Shown here one piece after another: positions 24,366 to 36,402 of a DNA stretch of 64,000 nt. Under the pieces are notes generated by a model. It was given only the letters and a program-made list of their open reading frames with translations, was not told where the DNA came from and did not search any database. The stretch lies in NCBI RefSeq assembly GCF_006345805.1, contig NC_043016.1:9920001-9984000 (forward strand), written 5' to 3'. Both the position numbers and the translations under genes were made by a program. Within the stretch, counting starts at the first letter, position 1. Every line of letters begins with the position of its first letter. This stretch comes from Octopus sinensis. Lineage: Eukaryota.

Positions 24366-25190
24366 TCAGCTATCTAATACTTCGCTGATTATTCCAGCTG
24401 TGCCAAGGTGACAAATTTTTTGTAACAGTTCTACTGGGTACTCTATTCCAATTTCTTTTATATTCCTCTTGATGCCTTCTGATACTGTTCCCAAGGACCC
24501 AACAATAATTGACACTATCTTCACCCTCATTTTCCATAGCCAGGTTATTCTGAAGATTATCAACTATCTGCAGCTCCTTTTTTTTTTTTTTTTTTTTGGC
24601 ACCCTTTCTGTTCAGTGGGTAGCAGCTCACATTTGTTTGTAAGTATCTGTACAGATCATTGGCCAAAGCATCTGACGTTAGTTTCCACATTAGCAGAAGG
24701 AATATTATTGGTCTAAAGTTGGATGCAGTATTTCTTTTTTCAGGATCCTTGGCACATAGCAATGTCTTTCCCTTTGCCATCCAGCTGGGCACTGTGCCTT
24801 CCTGCAAGCACTCGTCTAGCTGTTGCACTATCCTTTTATGGAGCCCTCACAGCTTCTTCGTCTAATACCCTTGGACGCCATCCAGTCCTGGGCTCTTCCA
24901 ATTATGGATTTTTCTTAACTGCTCTTTTATCATTTCTGTATGTGCTTCCTAGCATTATTCTTATGCTTTCGTTCTGCAATTCCCCTAGTCTCAGGCTATC
25001 AACGTGTCCTAAATGTCTTTAATTTTGCTAATTTCTCACAAATTCTTCTACACCAGTATGGTTCTTGACGTTCTGTTTGTTCTTTTCTTTTATATCTAAC
25101 TCTATCTGCAGCAACCATAGCTGCAACCTTAATAATCTTGTTAGTTTCAGTTATATCTCTCTTCTGGAATAACCCAAGAACTGAATTTAT
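24366..25190 (-). mobile_element. R4/Dong-like (restriction-endonuclease class) non-LTR retrotransposon remnant, internally deleted
   Basis: PSWMAKGKTLLCAKDPEKRNTASNFRPI..LLLMWKL (RT start) is fused across a poly(A) run to the C-terminal IVSIIVGSLGTV...LLQKICHLGTAGIISEVL*. Confidence 0.7.
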
Positions 25191-25724
25191 CTTTCATCAT
25201 CATTGTTCGACCGTGGTCGAGACAATGGAATTTACCATGTTGCGCCAGACTTCACGGTCCATCATAGCATTACGGAGGTCCTGTTGCTGTGTGTAGTAGT
25301 GGCGTGCGCACACATTATTAGCCATTTGAAAAGACTATGGAATTTACAATTAACTGCACCAGGGTTCCTCTTCCCCAGGGAACCAGACCTAATGGTATAC
25401 CTGCGGATGTAGGTCCAGCCCCTGCTTTGCCGGGTCCTGTCTCTGATCATGTTGCCCCTCCAAGGGCATCCATTGACGGTGATGCCCTCAATCTTAACAG
25501 ACAGGTATCACCTGATGGAGAAGAGTCAGCCCCCAACCAAATTTATCTTTACAGGTTCAACCTCGAGCTTGCATCAGTCAATGTGTCTCAGATTGGGGTG
25601 TGCTTGATCCTGGTTTCCTGTAATACATCGGCACAGCATCCTCACTATGTCTTGTTTGCCATCATTGTATTCTTCTGATATAGCTATTCCTAATACTTCT
25701 GCTTCATTTGCTGAGAAGATATTA

Positions 25725-26068
25725 CGTGGCCATTGCCAGCGCCGCCCCAACTGGCCTCGTGCCGGTGGCACGTAAAAAGCACCGTCCGTTCGTGGCCGTT
25801 TCCAGCCCCGCCTGGCCCCCGTGCCGGTGGCACATAAAAAGCACCATCCGATCGTGGACGTTTGCCAGACTCGTCTGGCATCTGTGCCGGTGGCACATAA
25901 AAAGCACCTACTACACTCACGGAGTGGTTGGCGTTAGGAAGGGCATCCAGCCGTAGAAACACTGCCAGATCAGACTGGGCCTGGTGCAGCCTTCTGGCTT
26001 CCCAGACCCCAGTTGAACCATCCAACCCATGCTAGCATGGAAAGCGGACGCTAAACGATGATGATGAT
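25725..26068 (+). mobile_element. SINE-like family C
   Basis: Same motifs as the copy at 19519. Confidence 0.8.
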
Positions 26069-26737
26069 TATTGTATTATAGACATCGCACATATACAATT
26101 TGTGATTGAAGATATTGTGTCTACCGGTGGTTTGTACTGTTTGTCAAGTCACAACAAAGACTTTCTATGATTATTACTATCATTAAGGCAGTGAGTTGGA
26201 AAAATTATTAACATGCTGGACAAAAATACTTTGCAGCATTTTGTTTCAGCTTCATTACAATTACAGATTCAACCTTCACACTTGTACCGATCTTTTTCAA
26301 CCATGTTGGTAGTGGAGTGCAAACCAGGGGCATATATGGGTTAAGGCAGTGAGTTGACAAAATACTTTTGCAGTATTTTGTTTCAGCTTTGTTCTGAGTT
26401 CAAATATCACTGAGGTTGACTTTACATTTCATCCTTTTGAAGTTGATAAATCAAGTATCACTGAAACATGGGGGTCGATGTAATCTAGTACCCTCCACCA
26501 AAATTTCAGGCCTTGTGTCTTTAGCAAAAAAGATTATATTTATATATATATATGTGTGTGTGTGTGTATGTATGTATATTAATAACACAGTAAAATTAAT
26601 TAATTGATCAATTAATGTATTAATAATTAATAATTTTACAAAGTTGATTGGTACATTAAAATAATCTTTTTAGGTAAAATTATACAAATATTCTATAATT
26701 CATCATCATCATCATTGTTCTGTTTCCCTTTTCCATG

Positions 26738-26896
26738 AAGAATGTTATTTTTTTGGATGAGTCATCCTTTAACTTATTTCTGACCACTGGCCGAGTATAC
26801 ATGTAGTGAAGGCCAAAAGAAGCATTTGACCCAGTCTGCTTTCTTCCAACTATTAAACATGGAGGAGGATGTGTGATGATTTGGGGTGCTATATCT
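26738..26896 (+). pseudogene. Tc1-like transposase fragment
   Basis: KNVIFLDESSFNLFLTTGRVYM**RPKEAFDPVCFLPTIKHGGGCVMIWGAIS; first catalytic Asp (SDES-like) and the TVKHGGG.VM.WG motif. Confidence 0.85.
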
Positions 26897-27910
26897 TGCC
26901 AGTTGTGTAGCTTACATCTGTGTTGGCACTGCTGTGGCTTGTCTCTATGCTTCCCAGATATGTGAAGCTTGTAACTTCGTCAACTGGTTCTCGTCTATCT
27001 TTGATTAGTACACCTTCCGCTTGTTTCCTAACTTGCATTACCTTCGTTTTTTGACCACTGATTCTGAAGCCTGTCTTTGCTGCTTCCTTTTCCATATTTG
27101 TAGTCATTTCATGTAATGTTGGGCAACGATCAGCCAACAAGGCAAGTTTGTTGGCTGGTCCCTCGCCATCCATGGTATGCCTACAGCTGGTCCCCCCCAT
27201 TGATCTCCACATAACAAAATCAATGATGATCAGAAACAACATTGGTGGCAGGAGACAACTTTGTCTTACTCCAGTGACAATCTTAAGAAAACCAGTTTAT
27301 CCATTCTCTCTCCTAATGCAGCAGCTTGAGTTATTGTAGAAACTGCTAAGCAGACTGATGTAATCATCTGGTATTCCATACGCTTTTGAAATCTTCCACA
27401 GAGTTTCACTATGCCCACTGTCAAATGCCTTTTTGAAGTGAATGAAGTTTATTATTAGTAATCTTTGGTATTCCATGCATTGTTCTGTGATGTTGCACAG
27501 TGTGAATATTTGCTCAGAGCACGATCTGCTGGGTTGAAATCTGGCTTGTTCTGCCAGCTTTACATCTAGTGCAAACTTCAACTGGAGCCACAACACAGAG
27601 CACAGCACTTTACCTGGGGTTGATGATAGTGTTCTGGTTCTGCCTTCTGGTTTTGGCAGTTGCTCAAATCTCCTTTATTTGCTAGTTTAATAAGGACTCC
27701 ACTCTTCAGTTACTTTTTCTACCCAGCATGCATTGCGTAACTGTATCCACCTTTTGACCTTGATCTGGTCATCCTGTTTGATTAATTCTGCTGAAGTGTT
27801 GTCCAGTTCTGGTGCTTTACTTTCTTTTTGATCACTTCAACGCTTCTCACTTCTTCTCTGATTGGTCCCTTTTCCACTTCCAACTGTTCCATTTGTTGGT
27901 CCTCGAAATT
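26897..27910 (-). mobile_element. RTE-clade LINE reverse transcriptase remnant
   Basis: EQARFQPSRSCSEQIFTL, INFIHFKKAFDS..SETLWKI.KAYGIP, GVRQSCLLPPMLF and FTYLGS motifs across ORFs 27297-27608 and 26889-27242. Confidence 0.85.
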
Positions 27911-27916
27911 CTATTC

Positions 27917-28669
27917 TAGTCTGCCCATGAGTATAATACGCAGGGGATTTTTAGGGGGCTGTACCTCTGAAAAACCTAAATCTTGTGTATAATATGCACC
28001 CCTTCTCTAACTTGAGTCAAGGAGGTCTATATAACATCATTGGTTTTTTTAAATGTATACGGTAACATCCTTTATTATTATTGTATTCTTCTTCTTCCGT
28101 TCAGTTGAAGTCGACTCTCGGTTACTTGTTGGATCAGTGTCCTCCAGTCAGTTCTATCCTGGGCTGCTTCTTTCAGACTGTCCATTCCGGTATCACTCTT
28201 GATGGTGTCAAGCCAGCGGGTTCTTGGTCAGCCTCTTCCTCTCTTGCCACTGACCATTACGAGCATGATGTCCTTCTCCAGGGATTTTCTCCGCATAATA
28301 TAACCGAAATATGCCAATCTATGCTTGGCATATTATTGTATATATAACATAATGCAAACGTGTAGCTTTTTTGTGCATTTTGTTTGCAGAAAATAAAGAA
28401 ATAACAGTAATAACATTTAATAAATGTTGCTTACTGCAAGTTATGGATGATTCTTTTATGACTTCATTGCTTTCAGACTTAGTTTAAGGTATTTTCGTGC
28501 CTGATATCACAAAATGTGTCTGAATAAACATTGCAAGACAGCAAATAGAGACTCGGACATTGCTTAGAAAATATTTTTCATTTTTAACCTTGTGTATAGT
28601 ACACACTAGGGAATTTGTCCTTTAAATTTTGGGGAAAAAAATGCGGATTATACTCGAGGATTTATGGTA
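27917..28669. mobile_element. Probable pogo/Tigger-like MITE with a nested RTE 3' end
   Basis: gagtataatacgca (27929) is inverted to tgcggattatactc (28642); the left end is degraded. Confidence 0.45.
28075..28330 (-). mobile_element. RTE-clade LINE 3' end
   Basis: Minus strand gives LEKDIMLVMVSGKRGRG*PRTRWLDTIKSD...LKEAAQDRTDWRTLIQQVTESRLQL, followed by a (GAA/TAA)-type tail. Confidence 0.75.
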
Positions 28670-28734
28670 TTCAAATTACTTTGTCACTTGTTATCCCTAT
28701 TTAGTCACGTTGTTTAGAATTATTTATTCTCATA

Positions 28735-28896
28735 GGCGTAGGAGTGGCTGTGTGGTAAGTAGCTTGCTTACCAACCACATGGTTCCGGGTTCATTCCCAC
28801 TGCGTGGCACCTTGGGTAAGTGTCTTCTGCTATAGCCTCGGGCCGACCAAAGCCTTGTGAGTGGATTTGGTAGACGGAAACTGAAAGAAGCCTGTC

Positions 28897-28938
<42 letters not shown>

Positions 28939-29165
28939 GCGCATGTGTGTGTTTGTGTGTCTATGTTTGTCCCCCTAGCATTGCTTGACAACCATCCTGG
29001 TGTGTTTATGTCCCCGTTACCTAGCGGTTCGGCAAAAGAGACCGATAGAATAAGTACTGGGCTTACAAAAGAATAAGTCCTGGGGTCGAGTTGCTCGATT
29101 AAAGGCGGTGCTCCAGCATGGCCACAGTCAAATGACTGAAACAAGTAAGAGTAAAGAGTAAGAGT
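28735..29165 (+). mobile_element. SINE family A, full length
   Basis: Family A head, body and tail. Confidence 0.85.
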
Positions 29166-29264
29166 ATAGTTTTGAGATTTTGATAGTGTGGTTGTTTAAA
29201 TAGATAATACAGTCCTAGAGACCTGATAAAAATGACATGGTGGTCATTTGTTGAATGCGTTTAA

Positions 29265-29485
29265 CCCTTTAGCATTTAAACCGGCCATATCCGGCCAAAA
29301 GTATTCTGCCTGTTTTATGTTCAAACTGGCCGGATCTGGTCTCTCACACCAACCCTACAATATCGTTTTAAAAATTAACAGCTACCTATTCAAAATCTCA
29401 TAGCTACAAGATAATGCATGATTAGTTCAAGGCAATGTGGCTGAAAAAGCATAAATTTTGGTAGAATAATGCGAACACTAAAGGG
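29265..29485. mobile_element. piggyBac-type MITE
   Basis: TTAA|CCCTTTAG ... CTAAAGGG|TTAA. Confidence 0.8.
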
Positions 29486-29955
29486 TTAATCATAAAACTT
29501 CTTAATCAAGGCTAATTAAGGGCTAAAATAACTTCCAACATTACCTGTAATTATGCCATCGTTACTAACAACTTTCTAATATTCCTTTTTTTTTTTTTTC
29601 TTCCCTAGACTAACTTGCCATGACATGTTAACAAGCCTCATTTTCATTTTCTGTTATTTTTCTCAAAATAAACTGTGTATTCACAGTTTTTGTGTTTGAC
29701 ATATTAATGTAATTGTAAAAATACAAATTGTAAGTATTAACATTTAAAATTAACTTTCAATTAAGCTTAATGTATGTTTGTAAATAAAGGAACCGGTTGA
29801 GTGAAATAAAATATAATATGCCACAGACCTACAATATTTTGCGTATGTGAGGATATGATAGACATTTTTACCTATCACCATCATCACCACCACTATTGCT
29901 ATCATCATCATTGCTATCACATCACACCATCATTGTCACCATCAAGAGCATCAGT

Positions 29956-30335
29956 GGAGGCGCAATGGTCCAGTGGTTAGGGCAGCGGACTTGTGGTCGG
30001 AGGATCGCGGTTTCGATTCCCAGACCGGGCATTGTGTGTTTATTGAACGAAAACACCTAAATCTCCACGATGCTCCGGCATGGGGGGGGGGGCGACCCCT
30101 GTTGTACTCTTTCACTCCAACTTTCTCTCACGCTTTCCTCCTGTTTCTTGTCCCCGACTTCCTACGCAACCGCTGAGCTTGGATGCGCATTCATCCATCC
30201 GTCGATGCTCTCGGTGTCAGGGAAGTTGACCTGCTTTCTCTTCTGCGGGTCTTACGAATAGCAAAGGACCACATTTCGGACTTCTCCCATCTTGCGAGCT
30301 CTGGGACAAAGTCTCCGTTCACTCAACAGCAACAG
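29956..30335 (+). mobile_element. tRNA-derived SINE (distinct family) with a well-preserved tRNA-like head
   Basis: GGAGGCGCAATGGTCCAGTGGTTAGGGCAGCGGACTTGTGGTCGGAGGATCGCGGTTTCGATTCC (A and B boxes), a non-tRNA body and a (CAA/CAG) tail. Confidence 0.7.
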
Positions 30336-30464
30336 CAACCATCAGCATCATTGTCATTATCACTATCACCACTACCATCACCATTACTGCCAACATCATC
30401 ATCATCATCATGATCACTGCCACCACTGGCATTATCACTACCACTATCACAATCACTGCTGAGT

Positions 30465-30740
30465 TTATTTCATTTATATACTCATGCTATGTTTAAGGCT
30501 TTGTTGTTTTTATGTGGAGGTAATATTATTCATTGTTATTGTGGTGCTCAGGATATTCGAGATATTAAGGGAGTTAGATATAATTTACCTTTTACTAGAA
30601 TTATTCTTAATATCTCGAATATGGCGTTATGTGGGTTTCCGTTTTTAGCTGGATTTTATTCGAAAGATTTAATTATTGAAATTTTATTAAGTAGAGATAT
30701 TAATATGTTGATTAGTTTATTTGGGTTATTTGGGGTGTGT
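30465..30740 (+). pseudogene. ND5: NUMT: mitochondrial NADH dehydrogenase subunit 5 fragment
   Basis: LFHLYTHAMFKALLFLCGGNIIH...QDIRDIKGV.YNLP...NISNMALCGFPFLAGFYSKDLIIE is ND5. AGA codons fall where Ser is expected (invertebrate mitochondrial code); there is no stop or frameshift over 92 codons. Confidence 0.95.
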
Positions 30741-31096
30741 TGGCAAGGGTTTGATATAATAGAATGACATTTTAATTGCTAAAAATACAGTGAAATTCAT
30801 GTTGCTGATGACTTGAAATAAATTGCTTTATGAAAAAAACAAAAAACAAAAAGAAATTAAAAAAAGCAAAAAGAATTGCAAAATCTTTTGTACTATGGTT
30901 TCATGTCTTGTTCCTGACAAAATGTCATTTAAAGAATTACTCGTATCACAGCAAATATCTCACATCTAAGTTTTGTGATTGTATAAATCCCTTGACTCAT
31001 TCCCACTCGTTGAACAGAAAATAGGGTCAGCAATTTTATATATATGTGTATGTATGTATGTATGTGTGTGTGTGTGTGTGTGTGTGCATTTGTATC

Positions 31097-31142
<46 letters not shown>

Positions 31143-31225
31143 TACGTGTTAGGCACATTTGTATCTATATATGTATTTGTGTGTGTGGGTTTCGTGTGTG
31201 TGTCCATATGTATGTGTGTTTATAT

Positions 31226-31259
<34 letters not shown>

Positions 31260-32040
31260 GCGAATATAAACAAAAAGGGTAATAATATAGATTACTACCA
31301 GTGGCTCAGCACAAAAGACGAATTAGTCATTAGACAAAATATTATTCATATAGAAAAATATATTTTTGTTCCCAGCACTTGGCATCCTTATTTAGGAGCC
31401 CTTAATTATATATATATATATATATATGCATGTATTTGTGTGTGTATATACATGTGTGTAGGTTTCGTGTGTGTGTATACACACACATGAAGCAATGCCA
31501 GGTCATCAGTGTCACTTGGGCTCATCACAGATTTTGCATAAAGACATATGCCTGCTTGAGGAATTTCACATTTTTCTGAAGTATTTCTACCTTATTTTTT
31601 ATATCTAGAATTATGTATGTAAAGATCAGTTGAGTTTTACAGGGTTGCTATATCTTTACCCTTAACTTAAAAATGGAGAGACAGACGCACATAATGACAG
31701 CAGAGTGTACAACAAATATCAGCAATTTAATACCCCATAAAGTAGTATCTCATTAATTTTCTCAAAAATAAAACTTTACAAAAATGTCTTCCTTTTGGAA
31801 GAATAAAATTTTGAAAAAGTTTGGATTAGGCTCCACATCCCGACTTTGATTCTTCATAAGTTTAAAGTACAAACACTTTTAATTATGACAAAGTGAACAC
31901 TTTTTACTTTGATGAGACCCTGGAGATGAAGAAGTGCCCATATTTCATTAAAAAAAAAAAATTTTAAGAGAAATATGAGGAAACAAAGTCTTGAAATGGA
32001 GGAATGATCTGAAACTCATCTCTTTTTGTATTTCTTTATT

Positions 32041-32391
32041 CTTTTACTCTTTTACTTGTTTCAGTCATTTGACTGCGGCCATGCTGGAGCACCGCCTTTA
32101 ATCGAGCAACTCGACCCCAGGACTTATTCTTTTGTAAGCCCAGTACTTATTTTGCCAAACCGCTAAGTAACGGGGACATAACACAGACACACAAACACAT
32201 ACACGCACATATATATATATACATATATACGACAGGCTTCTTTCAGTTTCCGTCTACCAAATCCACTCACAAGGCTTTGGTCGGCCCAAGGCTATAGTAG
32301 AAGACACTTGCTCAAGGTGCCACGCAGTGGGACTGAACCGGAACCATGTGGTTGGTAAACAAGCTACTTACCACACAGCCACTCCTGCGCC
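32041..32391 (-). mobile_element. SINE family A (small internal deletion)
   Basis: Reverse complement of the family A sequence. Confidence 0.85.
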
Positions 32392-32630
32392 TCCTTTGTT
32401 AACTTTATCAACATAATTGTATTTAATTTATACTGTTGAAAATACATTTCTGCCAAATTTCATTTGAAAATATGTATTTAAAAGTTATGAAGAAACATTA
32501 TCAGAGAGAATGAGACACCAAACTGTAATTGTGCCTTATAGAAATGAATAAAGAGGAATTAATTAGCTGGCTGATTATTATTATTATTATAATTGTTTGA
32601 GAAATATGATAAATTTATTCGTGACTTGAC

Positions 32631-32790
32631 AGGAGTGGCTGTGTGGTAAGTAGCTTGCTTACCAACCACATGGTTCCGGGTTCAGTCCCACTGCGTGGCA
32701 TCTTGGGCAAGTGTCTTCTGCTATAGCCCCCGGGCCGACCAATGCCTTGAGTGGATTTGGTAGACGGAAACTGAAAAGAAGCCTGTCGTA

Positions 32791-32831
<41 letters not shown>

Positions 32832-33030
32832 TTGTGTGTCTGTGTTTGTCCCCTAGCATTTCTTGACAACTGATGCTGGTGTGTTTACGTCCCCGTCACC
32901 TAGCGGTTCAGCAAAAGAGACCGATAGAATAAGTACTGGGCTTACAAAGAATAAGTCCCGGGGTCGATTTGCTCGACTTAAGGCGGTGCTCCAGCATGGC
33001 CGCAGTCAAATGACTGAAACAAGTAAGAGT
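32631..33030 (+). mobile_element. SINE family A
   Basis: Family A head to tail; inverted relative to 32041-32391. Confidence 0.85.
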
Positions 33031-33336
33031 ATTGACATTCGTGAGTACCCCCACCCATCACCAACAACTTAATTTCCTCATAACTTTCAGAAAAATGCTT
33101 TTTTTTTTTTTTTTTTAATAAAATGAAATAAAATATATTAGAATTTGTTGTGAAAATGTTTTGGGTTGAAGGCTCTAAGGTGGATGGTGAGTGCACAAAT
33201 TTTAGAAAATTTATTCAAATTGGCTTTGTTTCCTCATAACTTTATTTAATAAAATTTTCTACAGGTATCTTTCAGATGATGTAGATTACAATTATTTTTG
33301 GAATTTAATATGGAAAAAATATTGATGTGTGCACTC

Positions 33337-33556
33337 ATGAGAGGATGTTGAAAAGTTCCTGGCTTTAAGGGTGTTGCAAAATGCCTGGTTGTAGGCCCAA
33401 CCTTCTGCGTTCTTTTACAGGGCTTAGAAAAACTGAAGGGCTGCTGCAATAAGTGTATGAATCTGAGAGGGGAATGTGTTGAATAAAATCATAATTAACT
33501 GATCCTCCTCTTATTTTCTTTTACCAAAAGTAAGAAACTTTTCAGAACCACCTCAT
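33337..33556 (+). mobile_element. mariner-derived MITE retaining the transposase C-terminus (duplicated at about 35127)
   Basis: Imperfect TIRs atgagaggatgttgaaaagtt / aacttttcagaaccacctcat; 33418-33486 encodes QGLEKLKGCCNKCMNLRGECVE* (mariner GI.KL..RW.KC....G.YVE pattern). Confidence 0.75.
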
Positions 33557-33704
33557 TTAACACACACAGGCTGACGGACGGATGTGCTGAAAAGTTCCTG
33601 GCTTTAAGGTTTAGTTGGAAGCCCAACTTTCCAAATCCTTTTATAGGGCTTAGAAAAACTGAGGGACCTCTGCAATAAGAGAGTGTGAATCTGGGAGGGG
33701 AATA

Positions 33705-34606
33705 TCTATATATATAAAAGTGAAGTTGTGTGAGTGTCTGTCTCCTACGATTTAGATTCCTAACTACTCCCACATTTTGCGGTGCAGTTTAACCAAAACT
33801 GGGTATCTTATAGTCGTGATTCATATCGAGCCCTTCTGGGTATTAGCGCGCGTCTACGATTTAAAAAATATTTACCATAATTTTTTTCCATTTTAAAGCA
33901 TATTTTTGGGGGTTCTTCCAATTTTTTCGTGTGTCGATGGCGGCGGAGTTGGTGTCCATGCTCACACCTGCACCTATGTTGCTTCTCCCCCTTCTTCCCT
34001 CCCTCGTGAAGCTGGGGAAGGGAGTGTAAGGAAATCAACATCGTAAAGCATTGTCAAGGAGACCAGCGTTCTTTTAGAACAACGACTTCATGGCTTGAAG
34101 TCGCCAAAACAGAAATCGCTAAAAAGGCTAAAACAGATCCACAAAAATGGCAAAAACTGCCACACAGGGCAGGTTTCCTGTGCAAACAATTTGCACAACC
34201 GAATGTTTTAGTTGTTGTACAATCTTTATATAAAAAGTGAGGTTGTGTGCCGTCTGTCTCCTACGATTTAGATTCCTAACTACTCCCACATTTTGCGGTG
34301 CACTTTAACCAAAACTGGGTATCTTATAGTCGTGATTCATATTGAGCCCTTCTAGGTATTAGCGCGCGTCTACGATGAGTCTACGATTTAAAAAAAAATT
34401 ACCATTTTTTCCATTTTTAATGCATTTTTTCGCTATTATATAGGGAAGTAACTCTCTAAAAATGTCTACGATGAGTCAACGATTTAAAAAAAAATTTACC
34501 ATCAATTTTCATTCCATTTTTAATGCATTGTTTTGCTATAACTCTCTAAAATGCTTATATAGTTATTTCCCTTACAAACCCGAGCAACGCCGGGCGATAC
34601 TGCTAG
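33705..34606 (+). mobile_element. Composite Helitron (extra 5' end + internal segment + standard ~385-bp unit at 34223-34606) inserted in a mariner MITE
   Basis: a|TCTATATATATAAAAG at 33705, second a|TCTTTATATAAAAAG at 34223, hairpin CCCGAGCAACGCCGGG and CTAG|t at 34603-34606. The flanks rejoin to GGGGAATA-TGTTGAATA. Confidence 0.85.
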
Positions 34607-35493
34607 TGTTGAATATTTTCTTTTACCCAAAGCCACGATCTTTTCAGTACCCCCCCTCGTACCTACCGAAACACAACATAATTTTTTCCAAAATTTTGGG
34701 TTTCACTTTGTAAATGCATATTTGTTGTGTTAGTATCTGTTTGTGAAAGCACACCAACTTTCTTTATGGCTCTACTTGTCACTAATAAGCTCAGCCCTTG
34801 ATAATTGCACACTAACCAGCCCCCATTCACTACACCTGTGCAGCATTTTTGAGCTGCTTGTTTAAATTCTGCATGGAAAAATGCATTTTTTAATTTTATT
34901 TTTTTTTAATAAAATGAAATAAAATATATTAGAATTGTTGTGAAAATGTTTGGGTTGAAGGCTCTAAGGTGGATGGTGAGTGCAACAAATTTTAGAAAAT
35001 TTATTCAAATTGGCTTTGTTTCCTCATAACTTTATTTAATAAAATTTTCTACAGGTATCTTTCAGATGATGTAGATTACAATTATTTTTGGAATTTAATA
35101 TGGAAAAAATATTGATGTGTGCACTCATGAGAGGATGTTGAAAAGTTCCTGGCTTTAAGGGTGTTGCAAAATGCCTGGTTGTAGGCCCAACCTTCTGCGT
35201 TCTTTTACAGGGCTTAGAAAAACTGAAGGGCTGCTGCAATAAGTGTATGAATCTGAGAGGGGAATGTGTTGAATAAAATCATAATTAACTGATCCTCCTC
35301 TTATTTTCTTTTACCAAAAGTAAGAAACTTTTCAGAACCACCTCATTTAACACACACAGGCTGACGGACGGATGTGCTGAAAAGTTCCTGGCTTTAAGGT
35401 TTAGTTGGAAGCCCAACTTTCCAATCCTTTTATAGGGCTTAGAAAAACTGAGGGACCTCTGCAATAAGAGAGTGTGAATCTGGGAGGGGAATA

Positions 35494-36402
35494 TCTATAT
35501 ATATAAAAGTGAAGTTGTGTGAGTGTCTGTCTCCTACGATTTAGATTCCTAACTACTCCCACATTTTGCGGTGCAGTTTAACCAAAACTGGGTATCTTAT
35601 AGTCGTGATTCATATCGAGCCCTTCTGGGTATTAGCGCGCGTCTACGATTTAAAAAATAATTTACCATAATTTTTTTCCATTTTAAAGCATATTTTTGGG
35701 GGTTCTTCCAATTTTTTCGTGTGTCGATGGCGGCGGAGTTGGTGTCCATGCTCACACCTGCACCTATGTTGCTTCTCCCCCTTCTTCCCTCCCTCGTGAA
35801 GCTGTGGGGAAGGGAGTGTAAGGAAATCAACATCGTAAAGCATTGTCAAGGAGACCAGCGTTCTTTTAGAACAACGACTTCATGGCTTGAAGTCGCCAAA
35901 ACAGAAATCGCTAAAAAGGCTAAAACAGATCCACAAAAATGGCAAAAACTGCCACACAGGGCAGGTTTCCTGTGCAAACAATTTGCACAACCGAATGTTT
36001 TAGTTGTTGTACAAATCTTTATATATAAAAGTGAGGTTGTGTGCCGTCTGTCTCCTACGATTTAGATTCCTAACTACTCCCACATTTTGCGGTGCACTTT
36101 AACCAAAACTGGGTATCTTATAGTCGTGATTCATATTGAGCCCTTCTAGGTATTAGCGCGCGTCTACGATGAGTCTACGATTTAAAAAAAAATTACCATT
36201 TTTTCCATTTTAATGCATTTTTTCGCTATTATATAAGGGAAGTAACTCTCTAAAAATGTCTACGATGAGTCAACGATTTAAAAAAAAAATTTACCATCAA
36301 TTTTCATTCCATTTTTAATGCATTGTTTTGCTATAACTCTCTAAAAATGCTTATATAGTTATTTCCCTTACAAACCCGAGCAACGCCGGGCGATACTGCT
36401 AG
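35494..36402 (+). mobile_element. Second copy of the composite Helitron (part of the tandem duplication)
   Basis: TC at 35494 and 36016; CTAG at 36399-36402. Confidence 0.85.

Noticed and set aside
23619-24411. Long ORFs (252, 232 and 182 aa) with Cys/Trp-rich repeats
   Set aside because: They arise because a stop-free 24-bp unit is a multiple of three; there are no splice or homology signals, so they are treated as minisatellite by-products.
29956-30025. Possible tRNA gene
   Set aside because: A and B boxes are present but there is no complete acceptor stem, and it runs straight into a SINE body and tail.
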